In this document: piece after piece, positions 17,910-24,190 of the stretch
How positions within the stretch are numbered: the stretch's first letter is position 1
Layout: the number at the start of each line of letters is the position of its first letter
DNA from: an uncultured Alphaproteobacteria bacterium
GTDB lineage: Bacteria; Pseudomonadota; Alphaproteobacteria; Bin95
Reading direction: 5' to 3'
Assembly: GCA_938083135.1 (NCBI GenBank)
Contig: CALLKY010000012.1
Location: 986-64,985 of the forward strand
Length of the DNA stretch: 64,000 nucleotides
Notes under the pieces: generated by a model
What the model was told of the DNA's origin: nothing
The model's database searches: none
Seen by the model: only the letters and a program-made list of their open reading frames with translations
Made by a program: the position numbers and the translations under genes

Positions 17910-19067
17910 TCAATAGAAAACAGGTGGCGCTTCGCCAAGTAGGACTTGGCCGACAGCCTGGAAATGTGCGGCACGGGCTTGAATTTGCTGGGATAGCGTG
18001 TGGATATCCCGGAAGCGGCGTTCAAACGGGCTACCGGGGAATATGGCGCTGACGCCCGCCGCCCGATGGGTCCAGTCGGCAACCTCGATGCTGGCTTGAA
18101 TGGCATTGCTGCAGATAAGGCGGACCCGGGCGCGATCCTCGAAATTGATAACCGCCCAATCGTCCGCGCGCTCATATACGTCCGCCAATACTGAAAGCGC
18201 ATAGGCTTCGGCTGAGCTGACCCTGGCTTCTGCGCGCGCGAAATCCGCTTGAGTCAGGCTATCTTCCGCAAGCCGGGGCCGCCCGCGCGGTGTTTTCTCC
18301 GCCGCCAGCGCCTTGAAATCCTCTAGCATTGCCTGGGCCAGGCCGAGTGCTACGCCCGCCATCCCAACGGCATACAGCCCTTGCATGGTGAAGGCATAGA
18401 GCGGTCCAGAGATTTGCCGTTCTTCCGGATACTCGCGTGTGGAGCTGAAATCCTCCGGGACGAACAGATCTCGCACCGTATAGGAGTCAGATGCCGTACC
18501 GCGCAGCCCAATCGGGTTCCAAACATCATGGCGCTCAGCTTCATCCACAGGAAACAGCCAGGTGCGGATCAGCGGCTTGCCTTGTGCGTTTAGGCGAGGA
18601 TTGCCATCAGCCTCGATGACAGGGCCATGAGCGCCCATCCAAGTCGCTTGTCGGCACCCGCTGGCGAAGTCCCATGAGCCATTCACGAGATATCCGCCCT
18701 CAACCCCTTTTGCACCTTGGCCGTTCGGCGGCCCCCAGGCGATCAGCGCTGCCGGGTCATCGAATATCGCGCGGGCCGACGTTTCCGGCAGAAATGGAGC
18801 GATGAGCGCAGCGCTATTGGCGACAAATACATTCCAAGCGACAGATCCATCACCCTTCGCCAACGCGATAATAGCCCCAAGATAGGTTCCAGGATCGACC
18901 TCCCCGCCGCCATAAACCTTTGGCAGGAGCATCCGGAGCATGCCGGAGGCAATAAGTGCATCCGTCAGGGTTGCCGGAAACCGGCGGGTTCGTTCAATCT
19001 CATCTGCTTCTGTTATGAGCTGCCGAGCGACCGAACTTGCTGCATTGACGGTGCCCGCATCAACCAT
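17910..19067 (-). CDS. acyl-CoA dehydrogenase-fold flavin monooxygenase (group D; HsaA/DszC/SfnB-like)
   Basis: 385-aa protein with ACAD architecture. It lacks an obvious acyl-CoA dehydrogenase context and is the last gene of an LLM monooxygenase operon. Confidence 0.7.
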   Translation of the reverse strand: MVDAGTVNAASSVARQLITEADEIERTRRFPATLTDALIASGMLRMLLPKVYGGGEVDPGTYLGAIIALAKGDGSVAWNVFVANSAALIAPFLPETSARAIFDDPAALIAWGPPNGQGAKGVEGGYLVNGSWDFASGCRQATWMGAHGPVIEADGNPRLNAQGKPLIRTWLFPVDEAERHDVWNPIGLRGTASDSYTVRDLFVPEDFSSTREYPEERQISGPLYAFTMQGLYAVGMAGVALGLAQAMLEDFKALAAEKTPRGRPRLAEDSLTQADFARAEARVSSAEAYALSVLADVYERADDWAVINFEDRARVRLICSNAIQASIEVADWTHRAAGVSAIFPGSPFERRFRDIHTLSQQIQARAAHFQAVGQVLLGEAPPVFY

Positions 19068-19069
19068 CG

Positions 19070-19927
19070 TTAGTCCCCAACAGCGCCTTTGAAGGCCTCC
19101 AGCGCTTTGATGTGATCTTCAAACGTGGGCAGTGGGTACATTGGGTACAGCATGGCCATTTGGGCACCGAGTTTGGCCCAGGCGTCTGCTGTGCGAGCCC
19201 ATTTATCCGGGTCGAAAGCATCTGCGCGGAGCCAGGTTTCTAGGCCGAACGTGGATTTGTCGCGGCCGAATTCATCAAGCCAGCCGTTCAGTTTCGCCAC
19301 GCACTCCGCCGCTTTTTCGTTCGGCGGCATGATCGGCATCCAGCCATCGCCAATGCGGGCGGCGCGCTTGATGACGGCGTCTGCGGACCCGCCGAACCAG
19401 ATCGGGATCGGCTTCTGCACTGGCCCTGGCATGATGTTGATTTCGCTAAACTCGTGGAACTCGCCTTTGAAGCTCACAAGTTCCTCAGACCAGAGCATGC
19501 GTAGCACCTCCACCTGTTCAGCCTGTTTGCGGCCACGGGTGCGCCAATCGGCTTCCAGCGCCTCATATTCCACATGGTTCCAGCCAACCCCGATGCCGAG
19601 GCGTAGACGCCCGCCGGAGAGCAAGTCCGCTTCCGCTGCCTGCTTCGCCACAACGCCCGTCTGCCGTTGCGGCAGGATCAGCACGCCACTGGAAAGGCGG
19701 ATGGTTCTGGTGCAGGCCGCCAGGAAGCCAATGGTGACGAAGGTTTCGTGGAAGTCCTCATCCGCTGCATATGTCGGCGTCCAGCCGTCGCGGGGGGACG
19801 CGCCGAATACGTGATCCGGCACTTCAATATAGCTGTAGCCCAGGTCCTCTGCCGCTTGCGCCCAGTCTTTAATCTTGGCGGGATCATTGCCGATGGTGCG
19901 GGTGGGGAATTGCGCGCAGATTTCCAT
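19070..19927 (-). CDS. LLM-class (luciferase-like) flavin/F420-dependent oxidoreductase
   Basis: 285 aa. The segment GRLRLGIGVGWNHVEYEALEADWRTRGRKQAEQVEVLRMLW is typical of the luciferase-like TIM-barrel family. Confidence 0.8.
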   Translation of the reverse strand: MEICAQFPTRTIGNDPAKIKDWAQAAEDLGYSYIEVPDHVFGASPRDGWTPTYAADEDFHETFVTIGFLAACTRTIRLSSGVLILPQRQTGVVAKQAAEADLLSGGRLRLGIGVGWNHVEYEALEADWRTRGRKQAEQVEVLRMLWSEELVSFKGEFHEFSEINIMPGPVQKPIPIWFGGSADAVIKRAARIGDGWMPIMPPNEKAAECVAKLNGWLDEFGRDKSTFGLETWLRADAFDPDKWARTADAWAKLGAQMAMLYPMYPLPTFEDHIKALEAFKGAVGD

Positions 19928-19933
19928 GGGAAG

Positions 19934-21262
19934 TTATCCTTTGGCGAAAAAGCGATTGGATGGGCGCGGTAGGCCCAGATTTTCCCGAAGCGTAGCGCCT
20001 TCATAAGCGGTGCGGTAGACGCCGCGTCGCTGCAGTTCTGGCACGACCTTATCGACGAAATCATCCAGCCCTGCAGGCAAATAGGGAAACATGACGTTGA
20101 ACCCGTCGGATCCGCCTTCCATCACCCAAGTCTCCATTTCCTCCGCGACCGTCTTGGCTGCACCGACAAAGGCGTTGCCAGAATAGCCGCCCAGGCGCCC
20201 GGCGAGTTGGCGAACGGTCAGCCCTTCCTCCCGCGCCAGCTTCTTCACGCGCTCCTGGCCGGATTTGCTGGCATTGGTTTCCGGCACGTCTGGTAAAGGG
20301 CCAGCGGGATCAAACTCTGATGCGTCATGGCCAAGCGCGATGGAAAGGGAGGCAATGCCGCTGTCATAGTGGACCAAGCTATCCAGCAATGCCCGTTTCT
20401 CCCGCGCCTCATCCTCACTATCGCCCACGACTACCAGTGCGCCGGGCAAGATTTTCACATGCTCCGGGTCCCGGCCTGCGGCTTTGGCACGGGCCTTCAC
20501 GTCGCCATAGAACGCTTGGCCATCTGCCAGGTTGCGGTGGGAACAGAACACCATTTCTGCCGTCTCAGCCGCCAGTTGCTTGCCCGCTTCAGAAGCGCCG
20601 GCTTGCACGATCAAAGGCCAGCCTTGAACGGGGCGCCCAATATTCAAAGGCCCGCGAACTTCAAAAAACTCGCCCTTGTGGTCAAGCGTGTGGAGCCTGT
20701 CTGGATCAAAGAACACGCCGCTCTCAACATCCCGGGTGAAAGCATCATCGGCCCAGCTGTCCCAAAGTCCGGTAACGACGTCATAGGCTTCCCGTGCCAG
20801 GCGATATCGCTCGGCATGGTCCATCTGGTCGGTCATGCCGAAGTTCTTGGCAGCATCGGGGTTGGAAGTCGTGACGATATTCCACCCGGCCCGGCCATTG
20901 GAGATATGGTCCAGCGACGCGAACCGCCGCGCGATCATGTAAGGCGGCTCAAACGTCGTGGAGGCCGTTGCGATCAGCCCCAGATGCTTGGTGTGCATTG
21001 CCAGCGCTGGCAGCAGGGTCAGCGGGTCGAAGGATGTGACCGTGGCGGAGCGTTTCAGCGCGTCCATGGGCATGTTCAGCACGGCCAGATGATCAGCCAT
21101 GAAGAAGGCGTCGAACAGGCCTTCCTCCAGCTTCTTGGCATAGCTGATGAGCGCTTCCAGATTAAAATTCGCATCCGGTGTGCCGCCCGGATAGCGCCAA
21201 GCGGCAGTGTGAATGCTGACGGGCCGCATAAAGGCACCGAGTTTCATATGCCGCTTGGCCAT
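19934..21262 (-). CDS. FMN-dependent monooxygenase, NtaA/SnaA/DszA family
   Basis: 442 aa. The N-terminus is KLGAFMRPVSIHTAAWRYPG, followed by FFMADHLAV and HAERYRLAREAYDVVTGLWDSW, as in nitrilotriacetate monooxygenase component A-type enzymes. Confidence 0.85.
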   Translation of the reverse strand: MAKRHMKLGAFMRPVSIHTAAWRYPGGTPDANFNLEALISYAKKLEEGLFDAFFMADHLAVLNMPMDALKRSATVTSFDPLTLLPALAMHTKHLGLIATASTTFEPPYMIARRFASLDHISNGRAGWNIVTTSNPDAAKNFGMTDQMDHAERYRLAREAYDVVTGLWDSWADDAFTRDVESGVFFDPDRLHTLDHKGEFFEVRGPLNIGRPVQGWPLIVQAGASEAGKQLAAETAEMVFCSHRNLADGQAFYGDVKARAKAAGRDPEHVKILPGALVVVGDSEDEAREKRALLDSLVHYDSGIASLSIALGHDASEFDPAGPLPDVPETNASKSGQERVKKLAREEGLTVRQLAGRLGGYSGNAFVGAAKTVAEEMETWVMEGGSDGFNVMFPYLPAGLDDFVDKVVPELQRRGVYRTAYEGATLRENLGLPRPSNRFFAKG

Positions 21263-21266
21263 GGTG

Positions 21267-22127
21267 TCAGCCTTTCACACGGTCAGCGATGGCGAGGATG
21301 CGGTCCATCTCACGCAGGACGGGGCGCTCAATGAGTTTGCCGTCAATGACAACAAGGCCCGTATCGGCTTCGCGGAATGTATCGACGATGCGGCGGGCGC
21401 GTGCGACAGTGGCGTCATCGGGTGTGAACACTTCGTTCAGGGCCGCGATCTGCTTTGGATGGATGGAGCCTTTGCCAGAAAACCCAAGGTCTCGCGCCAG
21501 TGTAGCCGCTTCCACCATGCCCTCAGGGTCTTCCAGGTCCAGGAACGGTACGTCTATCGCATCTACGCCAATGCTGGCGGCTGCGTGCACAATGCGTGAG
21601 CGGGCATAGAGCAGCGGTTCCCATGCATTGGCGCAGCGCAGTTCCGCCGCCATATCCACACCGCCGAAGAACAGCGCATCAATCCGGTCGCTAGAGCGGG
21701 CGATGTCATGCACAGCTTCGAGTGCTGGATTGGTTTCGATGATGACATGGAGGCGTGTGTCATGGCCGCGCTCAGTCAGGAGATCATCCAGCCATTTCAC
21801 CTCATCTGGTGAGCGGACTTTGGGCAGCATCAGGGCAGGCGGCGGGGTATCAGTCGCCAGGACGGCTTGAACATCCAACAGGCCGAACTGCTCACGTAAG
21901 CAGTTAATCCGAACGATGCGTTCAACGTCATCATCCGCCTGCGGTTCTTCAAAAAGCTTGATGGCGTTGGCGCGAGCGGCGGCTTTGTCCTTAGGTGCAA
22001 TGCCGTCTTCTAATTCGACACAGACGATATCGGCACCAGAGGCCAGCGCTTTCGGATACATGGCCGGATTAAGGCCAGGGGAGAAGATAAAGCTGCGGCG
22101 GGGCCGGACACTTGCAGTCGTGGTCAT
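21267..22127 (-). CDS. HpcH/HpaI aldolase / citrate lyase beta (CitE)-like acyl-CoA lyase
   Basis: RRSFIFSPGLNP...ASGADIVCVELEDGIAP and ...GKGSIHPKQIAALNEVF match the CitE/malyl-CoA lyase family layout. Confidence 0.8.
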   Translation of the reverse strand: MTTTASVRPRRSFIFSPGLNPAMYPKALASGADIVCVELEDGIAPKDKAAARANAIKLFEEPQADDDVERIVRINCLREQFGLLDVQAVLATDTPPPALMLPKVRSPDEVKWLDDLLTERGHDTRLHVIIETNPALEAVHDIARSSDRIDALFFGGVDMAAELRCANAWEPLLYARSRIVHAAASIGVDAIDVPFLDLEDPEGMVEAATLARDLGFSGKGSIHPKQIAALNEVFTPDDATVARARRIVDTFREADTGLVVIDGKLIERPVLREMDRILAIADRVKG

Positions 22128-22204
22128 GGGAGAGCGCGTTCCTAAATTGAGTGGTGAATACCCTCAATCTAGCGGCATAGGTTAGCGCTGGCGACAGGTT
22201 CAGA

Positions 22205-22852
22205 TTACTTCAGCAGTTTCAGCACCGCTTTTGCAGCAGCGCGAACTTCTTCAGCGCCAACGCTTTTGGGCTTCGTCTCAAGCACTGTCAGCCCTTCACC
22301 CATAGCAGCGGCAAAGGCGACGCGAGCACCGATGCGCGGCTTGAGGAGTGTGCCGCCAAGTTCGCTCGCTCCCTTGGCAATGGCGTCTGTCAGTCGGGCG
22401 CGGGGCGGTGTGCGGTTTAGCAGGAACGCGAGCGGGCAATTGGCGGCCTCTGCCAGATCCGCGACCGGTTTGGATGCCCAAAGGTCCAGCGGGCTCGGTT
22501 GGATCGGCGCGATGGTCAGATGGGCGGCGCGTAGGGCTTGGCGCGTATCTGTGTCGGAATGGGGCGGGGCGTCGATCAACACGAAATCCACGGCGTCCGC
22601 ACCGCGCAATAGGCGCTCTGCGGCTTCGCGGACCCGGTGGCCGGGTATCGCTTCCACAGACAAGGCGAACTTCGGGGCAGGTGCCAGGGCGCTGCGAATG
22701 CCGCCCCAGGCGATAAGCGTGCCTTGCGGGTCTATATCGAGGAGGGCGACACGTTTGCCTGTTTCGGCGAAGGCGGCGGCTAGGTGAGCGGTGACAGTTG
22801 TTTTGCCGACGCCGCCTTTTTGTTGCGCTATAGCGATAATGCGGCCCGGCAT
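22205..22852 (-). CDS. ParA/MinD-family P-loop ATPase (orphan, small type Ib-like)
   Basis: It has the deviant Walker A segment IAQQKGGVGKTT, then LLDIDPQG and VLIDAPPH. There is no parB-like partner gene nearby. Confidence 0.8.
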   Translation of the reverse strand: MPGRIIAIAQQKGGVGKTTVTAHLAAAFAETGKRVALLDIDPQGTLIAWGGIRSALAPAPKFALSVEAIPGHRVREAAERLLRGADAVDFVLIDAPPHSDTDTRQALRAAHLTIAPIQPSPLDLWASKPVADLAEAANCPLAFLLNRTPPRARLTDAIAKGASELGGTLLKPRIGARVAFAAAMGEGLTVLETKPKSVGAEEVRAAAKAVLKLLK

Positions 22853-22880
22853 GCTTTGTCCTCGCCTCTAAAAAGAGTGC

Positions 22881-23231
22881 CTAGTGAAGTCGTCCGCCAA
22901 GTGGTGTGTCGTAGGTGGGCTGAATCAGAACAACGGCACCGTCTGCATCTGGAAAACCAAGAAGCAGGAACTGGCTTTGGAACTTGCCGATCTGCTTGTT
23001 CGGGAAATTGACGACGCCAGCAACCAGCTTACCGATTAGCCCTTCAGGTGTGTAATGCACCGTAATCTGAGCGGATGTTTTTAGCTCGCCAATTTCTGGC
23101 CCGAAATCCACCCAGACTTTGAAGGCGGGCTTGCGCGCTTCAGGATATGGCTCCGCATTAACAATGCGGCCAACGCGGATATCGACATTCAGGAATTCAT
23201 CGAAGGTCAGATTGGACTCAGGCTTTGGCAT
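22881..23231 (-). CDS. csaA: tRNA-binding domain protein CsaA
   Basis: FDEFLNVDIRVGRIVNAEPYPEARKPAFKVWVDFGPEIGELKTSAQIT is the classic CsaA/OB-fold sequence. The start is taken at the internal ATG at 23231. Confidence 0.8.
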   Translation of the reverse strand: MPKPESNLTFDEFLNVDIRVGRIVNAEPYPEARKPAFKVWVDFGPEIGELKTSAQITVHYTPEGLIGKLVAGVVNFPNKQIGKFQSQFLLLGFPDADGAVVLIQPTYDTPLGGRLH

Positions 23232-23235
23232 GGCT

Positions 23236-23727
23236 TCAACTCTGTAGGCGGAGCATATGGTAGCGACCGTCCGCCACCATTCCCGGCAAAGGGAATACAT
23301 CGCCGCCAGCCAGGGTCAACCGTTGATCGGAAACAATCATACAGCCGGGTGCTGCCAGGGGCTGCAGCATCGGCCCTAGCCATTCTGCGAGAGCCAGTGT
23401 GTCAGCCTTGTCGCCACTGCCGATATCGCCGTGCATCAGTGCGGCCTGTTCGCCAAGCTTCGCTGCAATACCGGGAATAGTGTCGCGGAAATCGCCTTCG
23501 ATCAGGTTTTCAGCGGGCGGCATGCTGTCTGGATGCGCCATGGCTTTGCGTTCGAACACAACGATGCGCCGATCAGGCAGCAATTCTTTGAGGTGGTCAT
23601 AGGTGCGGCCATTGCCAAGGCCAAGCTCCAGGACGATGCCGGGAACATCCTTGATCATGGCTGCAGCACGGTTCAGGCAGGCGCGCTGCGCTTCCAGCCG
23701 GCGGATGGCGCTGTCTAGGCGGCTCAC
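23236..23727 (-). CDS. small class I SAM-dependent methyltransferase-like protein
   Basis: Motif I-like segment VLELGLGNGRTYDHL. It is 163 aa, and its start overlaps the upstream stop by 4 nt. Confidence 0.55.
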   Translation of the reverse strand: MSRLDSAIRRLEAQRACLNRAAAMIKDVPGIVLELGLGNGRTYDHLKELLPDRRIVVFERKAMAHPDSMPPAENLIEGDFRDTIPGIAAKLGEQAALMHGDIGSGDKADTLALAEWLGPMLQPLAAPGCMIVSDQRLTLAGGDVFPLPGMVADGRYHMLRLQS

Positions 23728-24179
23728 TTCGGTATTTTCGCGATCGCTTCGCGGAGTTGGTTGGTCGTATTTTCGAGGCGGCTTGCCAGCACGCGGATAA
23801 TTTCGATCCCGACCTGGGGTGAGTTATTCAGCAGGCGCAGGAAATTATCTTTGGAGATTTTCAGCGCGACCAATTCGTCCTGCGCTTCAACCGTCGCCGT
23901 ACGCGGGATATCAACCAGAATGGCGATTTCACCGACGATTTGGCCTGCACCCAGTTCGGCCACCTTAAGTGGGCCATTGGGTGTATTGACCAGCACATTG
24001 GCACCACCCGTGATCACGACATAAGCGGCGTCACCATCGTCGCCTTGGCGCATCATGGTGCCGCCAGGTCTAAAGGTGACCCGGTCACTGGTCATGGCTA
24101 ACAGTTTCAGTTTCGCTGGCTCCATCCGCTCAAACAGAGCGATCTGGCGCAGCACATCGACTTCTTCCGCCAAAGACAT
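23724..24179 (-). CDS. stand-alone cyclic nucleotide-binding domain protein
   Basis: 151 aa. It has the cNMP beta-barrel with the phosphate-binding cassette GEIAILVDIPRTATVEA and no attached effector or DNA-binding domain. Confidence 0.85.
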   Translation of the reverse strand: MSLAEEVDVLRQIALFERMEPAKLKLLAMTSDRVTFRPGGTMMRQGDDGDAAYVVITGGANVLVNTPNGPLKVAELGAGQIVGEIAILVDIPRTATVEAQDELVALKISKDNFLRLLNNSPQVGIEIIRVLASRLENTTNQLREAIAKIPK

Positions 24180-24190
24180 CGATAGCTTCC

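Noticed and set aside
20327-21334. 335-aa plus-strand ORF, plus many similar long ORFs antisense to or frame-shifted within recognised genes. Examples are 7669-8469, 19125-19814, 39967-40917, 45102-45806, 46647-47261, 48529-49338, 49679-50677, 55921-56751, 58264-58977 and 35605-36427.
   Set aside because: They lie entirely inside genes with strong family signatures on the other strand or frame. Their translations are Arg/Ala/Pro/Gly-rich low-complexity sequence typical of off-frame reading of GC-rich DNA, and none shows a recognisable motif.
22205-22852. ParA gene as a marker of an integrated plasmid or mobile element.
   Set aside because: No replication, partition (ParB), conjugation, integrase or transposase genes are present. 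No flanking repeats or compositional break are visible nearby.
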